DNA of 64,000 bases, from positions 56,854,001-56,918,000 of the forward strand of contig OX597822.1 of NCBI GenBank assembly GCA_951406725.2, given 5' to 3'. This stretch comes from Octopus vulgaris. Taxonomy: Eukaryota. The notes under the pieces were generated by a model, which was not told the DNA's origin, did no database searches, and saw only the letters and a program-made list of their open reading frames with translations. The translations under genes and the position numbers were made by a program. Shown one piece after another: positions 14,613 to 29,096 of this stretch. How positions within the stretch are numbered: position 1 is the stretch's first letter; every line of letters starts with the position of its first letter.

Positions 14613-14705
14613 GTAAGGAATATGTTTTAGATTATATTCAACTCCTTCAAAACATTTTTTGTTTCTTTTGAAACGTGTCAGTTATTAATATTATTCTTTG
14701 AATTA

Positions 14706-15097
14706 AGGCGACGAGCTGACAGTGCCTTTAGCACGGCGGACAAATTAAAATTCCTTTCGTGGTCGATAAACTAAACACCAGTGAAACACAGGGGTCGATG
14801 TAATCAACTAGTCCCCTCCCCAAAAGTTTGAGGCCTTGTGCCTTTAGTAGAAATGATTATTACTACTGAGTGAGAGAGCAAGGCAGCGAGCTGGCCGGAA
14901 CGTTCGCACGCCGGGAGAAATGCTTAGCGGTATTTCGTTTGTCTTTACGTTCTAAGTTCAAATTCCACTGAGGTCGACTTTGTCTTTCATTCTTTCGGGG
15001 TCGATAAATTAAGTACCAGTTACATACTAGGGTCCATCTAATCGACTGGCTCCCTCCCCAAAGATTTCGGGCCTTGCGCCCAGAGTAGAAAAGATTT
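14706..15097 (+). mobile_element. Two tandem tRNA-derived SINEs, family B (14706-14862 internally deleted; 14881-15097)
   Basis: GGCG/AGCGAGCTG heads, AGTTCAAATTCC B-box, GGTCGACTTTG.CTTTCAT.CTTTCGGGGTCGATAAA body, GGCCTTG.GCC...AGTAGAAA tail; decayed relative near 890-1020. Confidence 0.8.
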
Positions 15098-15749
15098 TGA
15101 GTGAGGGAGCAATGGATGCCAAGCCACGCTAGACTTGTAAACAAATTCTGTTTAAAATCGCTGAAATTTTATACTACAGTGAATAAAAAGTGATCTGCAA
15201 TCAGGTGGTGAGTTTGTCTTCTAAATAGTCCCACTCCTCCTCTGCCCCCGGTTTTGAGGAAGACTTGTTGATTTAATTTTACTTTCGTTAACAAAATATT
15301 GCTTTCCCACTCCATGGAGAAAATATCAAAGTCAGTCAAGCTTGTTGAAGAGAGAGGGGAAGAGAGTGAGAAGAGGAGTTACCAGAGGATAATGAGAAAG
15401 ATTGAGAGCTGGAAAATGTAAGGCGTCACGGTGAAAACAGACGATAGCATAAGATACAACATCAGCATATAAGAGAAACAACAAGAAAGGAAGAACGAAA
15501 TATTCTAACAATTCAAAGAAAACAGCGAAACCACCATCAATTACAACAGCAGCAACAATATCAATGACTTCATCATCACCACTATAACCAACAAGAACGA
15601 CAACACCAACAGCAACCAGCAATGGATAGTACATACCGTTGTCAAGGGTTTTGGAAAGTTGTGTAAGCATTGCCTAGTAAAACCAAACCTGCTCGAAATT
15701 CCATCGGACGTGAAAGATGGAATTTGGAAGAAAACTTAACTTGCAGATG

Positions 15750-16060
15750 CGTTAATTGCAAAAGTAGAAGATATAAATACGACCCCTGAACAAAAGATGT
15801 CTGGGATTTGGTATGGCATATAAGAAAGGGAAAGGAGTTTGGCAGGCCGGTCGCAATATGTCATACCGAAGATGCCAAATACATTGCGATTCAGACGCGC
15901 TACTCAGAAGAGTATATTTTAATTCCCTCCTACCTGGCGAACCAGGTGAATAAAATAAGATTTTCAAAAGTGCCTTCAGAAGTGAATATATATCATTTCG
16001 GGATGATAGTAGAGAAATGTGGTGAGATATTCAGCATAAAAATTGACCCCGAAAGAGAAC
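15750..16060 (+). pseudogene. Decayed ORF1 (gag-like) remnant related to the ORF at 18736
   Basis: VWHIRKGKEFG...YILIPSYLANQVNKIRFSKVP aligns by eye with IIYLTRGMEFG...VFLLPSYLNRKTTRIRVEGIP. Confidence 0.55.
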
Positions 16061-16089
16061 TGGTCTATAGTCAAGGTAAAGATGGAAAT

Positions 16090-16572
16090 GCTGCACACAG
16101 CAGAGAATTTCCACAAAATCCATGACCTCATTTAAATGCATTGCACGGATCCTATAAGAGCAGCAGAAGAGGGCAGAAAGGCTAAATGAAGCTTGTTGTG
16201 GAAAGCTAAGCTGTAGTGTCCTCTTTTTGCAGAGCAATGCACCAACACACACAGCATATGAAACTCTACGGAAAAATACGCGACTTTAGTAGATCACCCA
16301 TCTTACGCTCTTGATTGCTCCCCTCCAAATATCACCTCTTTCCACAATGGAAGAAACATCTCAGGAGAAAGAAATTTCACTCCGATTCGGAAGTGATTGC
16401 TGCAACAGAGGCCTGGTCGTAGGCCCAAATTTTCGAGTTCTTTTTACAGAGCTTAGAAGAACTGAAGGACCGCTGCAATGAGTGAATGAATATATTGAAT
16501 AAAATCATAATTAAATGATCCGCCTGGATTTTATTTTACACAAAGTCAAGAACGTTTCAGCACCCGCTTGTA
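16090..16572 (+). mobile_element. mariner transposase 3' remnant
   Basis: LFLQSNAPTHTA, DHPSY, YHLFPQWKKHLRRKKFHSDSEV; ends in a TIR-like ...CAGCACCCGCTTG-TA. Confidence 0.8.
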
Positions 16573-16880
16573 TTATAAAGCCACAATCACAACTAACTTT
16601 ATGATAAACTTTACTTTCAATGTTGAGTCACCTCGCGAATAAATTACTCTAAAATACTCGTGAGTAAACTGCTCTAAACTACTAATTTCATCATACACAC
16701 ACATACATACACACGCACACACACACACACAAACACGCTTACAAATTTACATACATATATAATTACAGACACGAGGAATGAAGTGAGCAAAGCCCCTATA
16801 ATACATGGATTTATAATTGTTTCAAATGTATTCGATTTCTTCTATTTTGCTATATTCAAAGAACTTTAATACGTAATTCT

Positions 16881-17268
16881 GGAGGCGCAATGGCCCAGTG
16901 GTTAGGGCAGCGGGCTCGCGGTCGTAGGATCGCGGTTTCGATTCCCAGACCGGGCGTTGTGAGTGTTTATTGAGCGAAAACACCTAAAGCTCCACGAGGC
17001 TCCGGCAGGGGATGGTGGTGATCCCTGCTGTACTCTTTCACCACAACTTTCTCTCACTCTATCTTCCTGTTTCTGTTGTACCTGTATTTCAAAAGGGCCG
17101 GCCTTGTCACTCTGTGTCACGCTGAATATCCCCGAGAACTACGTTAAGGGTGCACGTGTCTGTGGAGTGCTCAGCCACTTACACGTTAATTTCACGAGCA
17201 GGCTGTTCCGTTGATTCGGATCAACCGGAACCCTCGTCGTCGTAACCGACGGAGTGCTTCCACCATCC
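16881..17268 (+). mobile_element. tRNA-derived SINE, family C, with 13-bp TSD
   Basis: A box TGGCCCAGTGG, B box GGTTTCGATTCC; AATACGTAATTCT duplicated at 16868-16880 and 17269-17281. Confidence 0.92.
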
Positions 17269-17834
17269 AATACGTAATTCTAATGAGTCAGATTCGTTAT
17301 GTGTCATTTCAATGACACCTAATGAATCATTAGCTACATATAGTATTGTATAACACAGCTAGAATGATGAGATCGAATTCGGATGAAATAATTGTAAATT
17401 GATGAATTAAAAAGACTTGCTCACTCCATTCTTCGTGTTCATATATATATAAATCATTACGAAATACTTTTGGATTTTCAGATACGGATGTTTTTCAAAA
17501 AACCAAACGCCGGATTACAATATTGTCTCATTGATAATACTCGTGGTTGATACTAATAGGACAAGTTCCACAGTCAATTCACAAATAAAACTTTAGAAAT
17601 ATGTGTATGAGTTTGTGTGTGTGTGTGTGTACATGTACATATGTTTGCATAACTATTTCTACATGCACGCATGTGAAAGTATACATACACACGCACGCAT
17701 ATACATATACATATATATATATATATATATATGGAATATAACTCGTGACCTTACGATCGTGAGTCGAATACGCCATATATATATACATATATATACACAC
17801 ACGCACACACACACACACACACATACATATATAC

Positions 17835-17883
<49 letters not shown>

Positions 17884-18000
17884 AGATAAGGGCAGAAGAA
17901 AAATTCTAATGCCAGATATGCCGAAACAAAAAATTGTCGATAACCATTATAATTTATGCGTCTCGATACAAACCGATAGAAATCTCTAAAAAATTCGTTA

Positions 18001-18061
18001 TTACCGTATTGGTCCAATTTCGGGGTTAATTCATAAGAAATTGTCCCCTCTTCAGCGGCAA
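18001..18061 (-). ncRNA. Type I hammerhead ribozyme
   Basis: TTGCCG-CTGAAGA-GGGG..CCCC-GAAA-TTGGACCAA-TA-CGGTAA (stem I TTGCCG/CGGTAA). Confidence 0.85.
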
Positions 18062-18626
18062 ATACGCGAGATATAAATGAAATACCTACTCATACCCATG
18101 GAAAAAGCAAGCACTAAGTCCTGAGCGGACCTAAGTACGTTAAATAGATCCAAAATAGAAAAATCTTCGGCGCACCTCGAGACACGTGTGATTCGAACTA
18201 GAAACTTTCACAGAGTGATAGAATCCGGAAGTGAACACTAATCTATTTATAATTAATATAGGATAAATTTTTTTCAGGAAAAATTTTTTATCAATGGCCA
18301 GCATATCAAAAAATGCCTTTAAAGGTAAAATTTATACATAATTTACAAGATAAGGGCAGAAGAAAAATTCTAATGCCAGATATGCCGAAACAAAAAATTG
18401 TCGATAACCATTATAATTTATGCGTCTCGAAACAAACCGATAGAAATCTCTAAAAAATTCGTTATTACCGTATTGGTCCAATTTCAGGGTTAATTTTTTG
18501 ATATGCTGGCCATTGATAAAATCTTTTTCCCGAAAAAATTTTTATCCTATATTAATTATGAATAGATTAGTGTTCACTTTCGGATTCTATCACTCTGTGA
18601 AAGTTTCTAGTTCGAACCACACGTGT

Positions 18627-20261
18627 TTACTGTAAGTTGCTGATTATTTATTGTTGAATTATTGTTGAACGTTTTTGTTATACGGTTTTTGGTTTTTGGT
18701 TGTTGTCCGTCTGTGTTGAGACAGACAAGGAGAAAATGGACTGCACCTCCCTAACGGGAGGGATGGCCAGACAAAGGTTGTTTGAAAGTTTATCAGAATT
18801 GTCGACTTCCGAAGAGGAACTAGAAAAGGCAGTGAAGAAAATGGATGAAAGGCTTGGTAATACGTATGCAGGAGTGACAAAGAAGTCGGGAGAAAAAGAG
18901 GTAGACCTGGTCAAGTTGCCAGGCTTCCAGGAATTTATGGAAAAAGAAGGCGGTGATGTTGAATTGTCACCACCAACAAAGCGCGGTGAGTGGTTCGATC
19001 GCAGGACCGTCAAGTATCGAGTATATGCAAACGGAAAGAAAAGAATAGAAATAGTCAGCATGGAAGTTATTGAAGAAGCGCTGAAGGGAACAGAGGAAGA
19101 AATTATTTATTTGACAAGAGGCATGGAATTCGGCACGGTAATAGTTCAATTTGGGAGCGAAAACGTAGCAAGAAAAATGGCAGCCAAAGCAGTTAAAACG
19201 GATAAGGTATTCCTTCTGCCCTCGTATTTGAACAGGAAAACCACTCGAATCAGGGTGGAGGGAATACCCCCACACATAGAAGGTGAATGGATAGCGGCAG
19301 CGGTAATCAAAGGATGTGAAGAAGAGGTAGACATCCTCCATGCTACCATAAAATATGAAGGCTGGAGGGGTGCTACCCTAGATATGAACGTGCAGGCGGA
19401 GATCGAAACGCTGGAAAAGTTAACGGAAAATATAAGAATGGGAAATATCATCATGAGAGTGTGGGTGGAGGGCAGAGCCCCGCGCTGTTATAAGTGTGGC
19501 CAGAGAGGCCACATAAGAGCCAACTGCCCTCCCCCACCAAAGGAAAGTGTTACGGAGCCCCAAAAAGAGGAAGAGACTAAAGAAGAAGAACAGAACCAAA
19601 CAGAAAAGGAAACAACAGAAGAAGAGGTCCAACAGGAATGGCAAGAAAGAAGGAAAAAAGAAAGAGAAGGAGAAAGGTAAAAAGTACGCAACCCCAATCC
19701 ACCCCAACACCACCCGCACCCTCTGAGTCCCACTCTTCCCCTGCAGACAGTGAACCCACCCGCTCCCCACCAACAAGAAAACAGAAAAAAGATACACACA
19801 GCCAAGACAAAAAAGAAAGAACCTAGGCCCAACATTGTATGTATTGCAGAGAAGGAGGAGAAAAAAAAGACAATGATAGACTACGAATGGTGTGATAAGG
19901 GACGGAGTAGATGCGCAGTAATTGCAAAGGAACTAGTAGATGAGGTAATAGAAAGGTGCAAAAGGGAGGACTGGGAAATACTTAAAGTGAAAATGGACGA
20001 AGGGACGGTGAAAGAATTGGAAGAGAAGTTCGAGAGAAGGATAGAGATGGAGATATATTGTATAGGGACTGAGCAAGGAGTATTTGTTTGGGATTGACGA
20101 CTGAAGGACAGGTAAGTGATGCTAGCGGATGGGGCCGTTAGCATCACTTTCATCTATCATTTTCATAATCCATGTACCCATATTTATGTAATTGTGATGT
20201 TTTGTGTCCCCAATGTTTGTATTGTCCATTCTGTGTAGCCCTTTATGGGTAATAAAGAAAA
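18627..20261 (+). mobile_element. ORF1-only non-LTR element (HAL1-like, Tx1/L1-related) with 41-bp TSD
   Basis: Flanked by TCTATCACTCTGTGAAAGTTTCT(A/G)GTTCGAA(C/T)CACACGTGT at 18586-18626 and 20262-20302; ends AATAAAGAAA; no RT. Confidence 0.8.
18736..19680 (+). CDS. gag-like ORF1 with CCHC zinc knuckle (probably continues via frameshifts to 20097)
   Basis: ATG at 18736; CYKCGQRGHIRANC (CX2CX4HX4C); acidic/basic tail; overlapping frames 19638-19826 and 19750-20097 join at A-runs. Confidence 0.8.
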   Translation: MDCTSLTGGMARQRLFESLSELSTSEEELEKAVKKMDERLGNTYAGVTKKSGEKEVDLVKLPGFQEFMEKEGGDVELSPPTKRGEWFDRRTVKYRVYANGKKRIEIVSMEVIEEALKGTEEEIIYLTRGMEFGTVIVQFGSENVARKMAAKAVKTDKVFLLPSYLNRKTTRIRVEGIPPHIEGEWIAAAVIKGCEEEVDILHATIKYEGWRGATLDMNVQAEIETLEKLTENIRMGNIIMRVWVEGRAPRCYKCGQRGHIRANCPPPPKESVTEPQKEEETKEEEQNQTEKETTEEEVQQEWQERRKKEREGER

Positions 20262-20422
20262 TCTATCACTCTGTGAAAGTTTCTGGTTCGAATCACACGT
20301 GTCTCGAGGTGCGCCGAAGATTTTTCTATTTTGGATATATTTAGGGTACTTAAGTCTGCTCGGGACTTAGTGATTGCTTTTTCCATGGGTATGAGTAGGT
20401 ATTTCATTTATATCTCGTGTAT

Positions 20423-20483
20423 TTGCCGCTGAAGAGGGGAAATTTTCTTATGAATTAACCCCGAAATTGGACCAATACGGTAA
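20423..20483 (+). ncRNA. Type I hammerhead ribozyme
   Basis: TTGCCG CTGAAGA GGGG...CCCC GAAA TTGGACCAA TA CGGTAA. Confidence 0.85.
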
Positions 20484-20714
20484 TAACGATTTTTTAGAGA
20501 TTTCTATCGGTTTGTTTCGAGACGCATAAATTATAATGGTTATCGACAATTTTTTGTTTCGGCATATCTGGCATTAGAATTTTTCTTCTGCCCTTATCTT
20601 GTAAATTATGTATAAATTTTACCTTTAAAGGCATTTTTTGATTTGCTGGCCATTGATAAATTTTTTTTTCCCGAAAAAAATTTTATCCTATATTAATTAT
20701 ATATATATATAATG

Positions 20715-21820
20715 TTTATAAAAAACATTAAATCAAACCCAAAGGCCTTCTTTCAATACGCGAAAGAAACAGTCGTCTCAGTGTTTCTGAGACAAGATAG
20801 GATCCCTCCTCCAAAAGGATGGCTCCCTCACAGACAGTCCAACTATGATCAGTGAGATGCTGAATGACCAGTTCAAAAGTGTCTTTACCACCCCGTTGGA
20901 ACACAGACAAGTGAACGAACCAGTGGACTTCTTTGCCGCCTCACCTATAACCCAGCGAGGCGGTTACAATAGAATGTATTGACATTAGCGAAAAAGATGT
21001 CCTACTAGCCATAGATGAAGTGGACACAAACTCAGCTGCTGGTCCAGACGGTTTCCCAGCAATCCTCCTCAAAGCGTGTAAGCATGCTCTGGCAAAACCC
21101 CTCAAGATTCTCTTCCAGAGCTTTCTTGCGAATGACAAACTGCCAAGCAAGCTGAAGGAGGGAATAATATGCCCAATACATAAAGGGGGAAGTAGAGCAG
21201 ATGCCAAAAACTATAGGCCTATCTCTCTGACTTCACACATCAGCAAAGTCATGGAAAGGATAGTCAGAAAGAAACTAATCGCATTCCTTGAGGAAAATAA
21301 CTTGCTGAGTGATACCCAGCATGGTTTTCGACCAGGTAGGAGCTGCCTGACCCAGCTCTTATAGCATTATGACTGGGTGTTGAGGCAGTTACTCAACAAA
21401 TCAAATGTGGACGTAATCTACCTTGATTTTGCAAAAGCTTTTGACAAGGTGGATCATGGTATGATATGCCACAAACTGCGTGACCTCGGCATAGCTGGAA
21501 AACTTGGAGGATGGTTACATGACTTCCTGAAAGATAGGAGTCAGGCAGTAGTGGTTAATGGAGCCACCTCTATGAACACACAAATAGTGAGTGGTGTTCC
21601 ACAGGGCACTGTCTTGGGACCGCTACTTTTTATAGTGGCCCTCTCAGATATGCCCTCAAATGCCCTGATAGCCACTCTGGCCAGCTATGCAGACGATACG
21701 AAAGTCTCGCAGAAAATACAGAACCCCAGCGATGTTGTACACCTGCAGCAGGAGTTGGACTCAATCTACAGATGGGCTGAGGATAATAATATGCAGTTTA
21801 ATGCTGAAAAATTCCAGGGT
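20715..21820 (+). mobile_element. CR1-group LINE internal RT segment
   Basis: AAGPDG, PIHKGGSR...NYRPISLTS, QHGFRPGRSCLTQL, YLDFAKAFDKVDH, SGVPQGTVLGPLLF, YADDTK; one in-frame stop; same family as 42455-46640. Confidence 0.92.
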
Positions 21821-23872
<2,052 letters not shown>

Positions 23873-24020
23873 CAAAAAGCAATAAAGATTCAAGTTAATT
23901 TAAATGAATTTACTTGAATATGGTACCTAACTTAGATGCACCAAAAAAACTATACTGATTTAACAATACAGTAATGTGGGGTGATTATAAGCGAGAATGA
24001 AGCAACAAGAATGGATAGGT

Positions 24021-24111
24021 TTTTAGTACAATCGTTTCATACAAGGACAGGTTTTATTAAAAGTTGCAAAAATTACAGCATATAAACGTGTCCCGTACTC
24101 ATCAGCTAAAA
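24021..24111 (-). ncRNA. Type I hammerhead ribozyme (left arm)
   Basis: Reverse complement of 29097-29187. Confidence 0.85.
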
Positions 24112-25640
24112 TACATGTGAGTTCTCTAGACATCCTAGTGGTTGAGGCTATACTCATGAAGTAATGTAGGTAATTAAGTAACATAAACAGATTTCAAAAG
24201 TTCATTAAAGTTCTTTAAAGATGATGTACAGTCTTATCACAGAATTTTAAAAAAGTCTTAATAGCATCACAGAGAAGGTGACCCAATCCATAGTGCACAT
24301 ATGAATTTCCAGAGATATGATGAGGGATTACATACTCACAGAAGGCAAATTTATCCATTGTTAATTACAACGAGGTAGGTTTCAATTCCTGCTTATTAGC
24401 ATTACAGAGAGGGTGAATTAATCCTTTGTATAGATGCACAATTTCCAATGGTGTAGGTGTAAATTTCCAAGGAATTTCATATTCACAGGCGATAAATTTA
24501 TCAATGGTTGAACACAATGAGGTAGGTATCAATTCTTGCTATATGATTAGGTATTTGCCACATTAATCACATTACTGCTATTTACAAGAGGCTGTAGCTA
24601 TTTAACTTTTAAAGGCTGAAGGGCTTACTAGAGCTGTATAGAATAGAAAAGGGAGGGGCATAGAAGAAAAGAGAGAAAATAAAAGAAAGAAAATAAAAGA
24701 GGAGGGAGCAAAAAGGGGGGGGGAAGGGGGACTCAAAGAGAAGAGAAAAGGAAAAAGAGAATAAGAAGAAGAAAAAGAAAAAGAGAAAAGAGAAAGAAAA
24801 AGAAATAGGAAGGAAGGGAAAAGAGAGAAAAAAGAAAAAGAAAAAGAAGAAAAAAAGAAAAAAGAAGAAAGAAGAAAGAAAAAAGATAAAAAGGGTTCTA
24901 GTTATACAGAAGAATTAGTAGACGACAAGTCTGGTTTTAGTTTACAGGCATCTAGGAATTAGAGGAGAATATTATTCTTTGACCAGTTAAAATAGCTAAT
25001 TTATTGCTGTTGAAATCAGCTATGAATTTAAAGAGAATCTAAAGAGATAACACAGTTAGGGGTCTCGGGGTCAGATGCTAAAATCACCAGAAAATACATT
25101 AGGGAAAACTAGGTATAATCTTATCAAAAAGTCATTAAAAATTTACTTACTTATTTATTCATTTTATTGTCTTAAGGAGTTGCCGTTATTATTCATACAT
25201 TGACGGACTACAGGTCAAATCTTAGAAGATCATTCAAAAGGTGTTAGGGGATTGTCTATCATAATGAAGATAATCATATTATCACCGAGGGAATAGTCTC
25301 ATTTATTTAATTTTGAAATAGAACAATGGGTCTATAGTAACTCATTTTAATTAATTAGAGTTATGCTAATTAAATTAGATTAAGTTAGGAACTAAAATTA
25401 AAAATTACAATTAAGATTTAAAATTAAGAATTTAAAAAATTTAAAAATTGTGAGTTTAAAATTAAATAAAGCCTCAATTAAGCGGCGAATAAGTGCTATT
25501 CATTTCCCTGTTCTCAAAAAACTGATGTAGATATAGGAAAAAGATAACTGTAGTGTGAGAACTCTTAGTTATCTACTTAAAGCAGTGCTATACCAGTAGA
25601 AATCATGTTATATCTATCTATCTAGTTACGAATATTCTAA

Positions 25641-26513
25641 TCATTTAAAATATTTTAAAGTCTTCAATTTAGCGTGGACACAAACTTGACCTAGTTCGAT
25701 ATGGTTATTCAATAGGTTTCTATGTTTTCTATGCTTTAGAATTTCATATGTCTCCATGGAGCATAGTTGGCAACCAACCCTACTATTTTTATACGGAATT
25801 GCTCTCCTAACTATTTCCCAATTAAGGTTATAATTTTTATTATTATTTTTGAGTTCCCAGATTTTGTTTGAAAGTGTGGTGGTACCAGCTTTATGACGTA
25901 ATTTAAAAGTCGAGATGTGATTTCTAACTCTAGCTAAAAAATTTATTGTACATCCAAGGTAATAATATTTGTTATTCTCCGTGGATATGGTACATTTATA
26001 GATTACATTATTTTCTCCACATAGACCAGGTGCCGGGCATTTTGATTTTATTCTACACTTACACACAGGTGGAATATCTTCAGGCTTTGGATTATTCTTG
26101 GGTAGATGTTTTAGGTTCCTGTTATTTCGATTATCCTTTCTATAGTTGGTGCTGATATCTAAAGTATTGCTATTATTTCTTGATCCTTCTGTTTCATTAT
26201 TTAGATCTAAAGTCCTACCATGATTTCTTATATTATTGGTAATGTTAATATTATTGCTAGTCTTTTTATCCGACTGCATATTGTTGTTATAGATATCACT
26301 AATATTTTCATTCTCCTTATTTTCTCTATTTTCCCTATTTCTATTATTTCTATTATTAACATTATTACTTCTACTAATATCGGCATTGCTATTATTACTA
26401 TTAATGTTAATGTTATTAGTCATTCTGTGGTTACTAATTTCACCTATGTTTTGATAGTTACTATTGCTGCTTTTATTGTTGGTAGTATTATTACAATTGC
26501 TATTGGTCTTCAT
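25641..26513 (-). CDS. PLE GIY-YIG endonuclease region with Asn-rich linker (left arm)
   Basis: CKCR..CP..G.C, VIYKC...YYLGCT, R..NH, W.I, C.LC..E, C.H; identical to the right arm from MKT onward. Confidence 0.85.
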   Translation of the reverse strand: MKTNSNCNNTTNNKSSNSNYQNIGEISNHRMTNNININSNNSNADISRSNNVNNRNNRNRENRENKENENISDIYNNNMQSDKKTSNNINITNNIRNHGRTLDLNNETEGSRNNSNTLDISTNYRKDNRNNRNLKHLPKNNPKPEDIPPVCKCRIKSKCPAPGLCGENNVIYKCTISTENNKYYYLGCTINFLARVRNHISTFKLRHKAGTTTLSNKIWELKNNNKNYNLNWEIVRRAIPYKNSRVGCQLCSMETYEILKHRKHRNLLNNHIELGQVCVHAKLKTLKYFK

Positions 26514-26654
26514 TTTCCTATCTCTCATAGATATCATAGAATTATTTCTAGGAAAACAGTTAGGATTTCTTATTCAACCCTCCCAAATATGTCCACTTTA
26601 ATAGCTAAGATTAATAATAACAACATTAAACTAGCCAGGAAAGATAGAAATATA

Positions 26655-26685
<31 letters not shown>

Positions 26686-27563
26686 TCGGCATGAAGACCA
26701 ATAGCAATTGTAATAATACTACCAACAATAAAAGCAGCAATAGTAACTATCAAAACATAGGTGAAATTAGTAACCACAGAATGACTAATAACATTAACAT
26801 TAATAGTAATAATAGCAATGCCGATATTAGTAGAAGTAATAATGTTAATAATAGAAATAATAGAAATAGGGAAAATAGAGAAAATAAGGAGAATGAAAAT
26901 ATTAGTGATATCTATAACAACAATATGCAGTCGGATAAAAAGACTAGCAATAATATTAACATTACCAATAATATAAGAAATCATGGTAGGACTTTAGATC
27001 TAAATAATGAAACAGAAGGATCAAGAAATAATAGCAATACTTTAGATATCAGCACCAACTATAGAAAGGATAATCGAAATAACAGGAACCTAAAACATCT
27101 ACCCAAGAATAATCCAAAGCCTGAAGATATTCCACCTGTGTGTAAGTGTAGAATAAAATCAAAATGCCCGGCACCTGGTCTATGTGGAGAAAATAATGTA
27201 ATCTATAAATGTACCATATCCACGGAGAATAACAAATATTATTACCTTGGATGTACAATAAATTTTTTAGCTAGAGTTAGAAATCACATCTCGACTTTTA
27301 AATTACGTCATAAAGCTGGTACCACCACACTTTCAAACAAAATCTGGGAACTCAAAAATAATAATAAAAATTATAACCTTAATTGGGAAATAGTTAGGAG
27401 AGCAATTCCGTATAAAAATAGTAGGGTTGGTTGCCAACTATGCTCCATGGAGACATATGAAATTCTAAAGCATAGAAAACATAGAAACCTATTGAATAAC
27501 CATATCGAACTAGGTCAAGTTTGTGTCCACGCTAAATTGAAGACTTTAAAATATTTTAAATGA
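26511..27563 (+). CDS. 5'-truncated PLE ORF: linker plus GIY-YIG endonuclease (right arm)
   Basis: HFP..H.YH.I..R.TVRISYS.LPNM linker, Asn-rich tract, VIY/YLG nuclease motifs; internal ATG at 26691 gives 290 aa. Confidence 0.88.
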
Positions 27564-29096
27564 TTAGAATATTCGTAACTAGATAGATAGATATAACATG
27601 ATTTCTACTGGTATAGCACTGCTTTAAGTAGATAACTAAGAGTTCTCACACTACAGTTATCTTTTTCCTATATCTACATCAGTTTTTTGAGAACAGGGAA
27701 ATGAATAGCACTTATTCGCCGCTTAATTGAGGCTTTATTTAATTTTAAACTCACAATTTTTAAATTTTTTAAATTCTTAATTTTAAATCTTAATTGTAAT
27801 TTTTAATTTTAGTTCCTAACTTAATCTAATTTAATTAGCATAACTCTAATTAATTAAAATGAGTTACTATAGACCCATTGTTCTATTTCAAAATTAAATA
27901 AATGAGACTATTCCCTCGGTGATAATATGATTATCTTCATTATGATAGACAATCCCCTAACACCTTTTGAATGATCTTCTAAGATTTGACCTGTAGTCCG
28001 TCAATGTATGAATAATAACGGCAACTCCTTAAGACAATAAAATGAATAAATAAGTAAGTAAATTTTTAATGACTTTTTGATAAGATTATACCTAGTTTTC
28101 CCTAATGTATTTTCTGGTGATTTTAGCATCTGACCCCGAGACCCCTAACTGTGTTATCTCTTTAGATTCTCTTTAAATTCATAGCTGATTTCAACAGCAA
28201 TAAATTAGCTATTTTAACTGGTCAAAGAATAATATTCTCCTCTAATTCCTAGATGCCTGTAAACTAAAACCAGACTTGTCGTCTACTAATTCTTCTGTAT
28301 AACTAGAACCCTTTTTATCTTTTTTCTTTCTTCTTTCTTCTTTTTCTTTTTTTCTTCTTTTTCTTTTTCTTTTTTCTCTCTTTTCCCTTCCTTCCCTATT
28401 TCTTTTTCTTTCTCTTTTCTCTTTTTTCTTTTTCTTCTTCTTATTCTCTTTTTCCTTTTCTCTTCTCTTTGAGTCCCCCTTCCCCCCCCCCCTTTTTGCT
28501 CCCTCCTCTTTTATTTTCTTTCTTTTATTTTCTCTCTTTTCTTCTATGCCCCTCCCTTTTCTATTCTATACAGCTCTAGTAAGCCCTTCAGCCTTTAAAA
28601 GTTAAATAGCTACAGCCTCTTGTAAATAGCAGTAATGTGATTAATGTGGCAAATACCTAATCATATAGCAAGAATTGATACCTACCTCATTGTGTTCAAC
28701 CATTGATAAATTTATCGCCTGTGAATATGAAATTCCTTGGAAATTTACACCTACACCATTGGAAATTGTGCATCTATACAAAGGATTAATTCACCCTCTC
28801 TGTAATGCTAATAAGCAGGAATTGAAACCTACCTCGTTGTAATTAACAATGGATAAATTTGCCTTCTGTGAGTATGTAATCCCTCATCATATCTCTGGAA
28901 ATTCATATGTGCACTATGGATTGGGTCACCTTCTCTGTGATGCTATTAAGACTTTTTTTAAAATTCTGTGATAAGACTGTACATCATCTTTAAAGAACTT
29001 TAATGAACTTTTGAAATCTGTTTATGTTACTTAATTACCTACATTACTTCATGAGTATAGCCTCAACCACTAGGATGTCTAGAGAACTCACATGTA

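Larger units (their letters stand above)
17880..20700. mobile_element. Non-coding hammerhead element (464-bp unit) in tandem plus inverted arrangement, (TA)n-flanked, interrupted by the insertion at 18627-20261
   Basis: ACAAGATAAGGGCAGAAG at 17881 and 18345 (period 464); orientation flips at ~18493; 18493-18626 plus 20262-20700 is the reverse complement of the unit. Confidence 0.88.

Noticed and set aside
16881-16955. tRNA-like sequences (also 50902, 40786 and 17732)
   Set aside because: They continue into SINE bodies and lack a complete cloverleaf, so they are not tRNA genes
26220-26510. Hydrophobic Ile-rich N-terminus of the 447-aa ORF, suggesting a membrane-anchored nuclease
   Set aside because: It is the antisense reading of the Asn-rich linker in the left arm, fused in frame at the inversion junction
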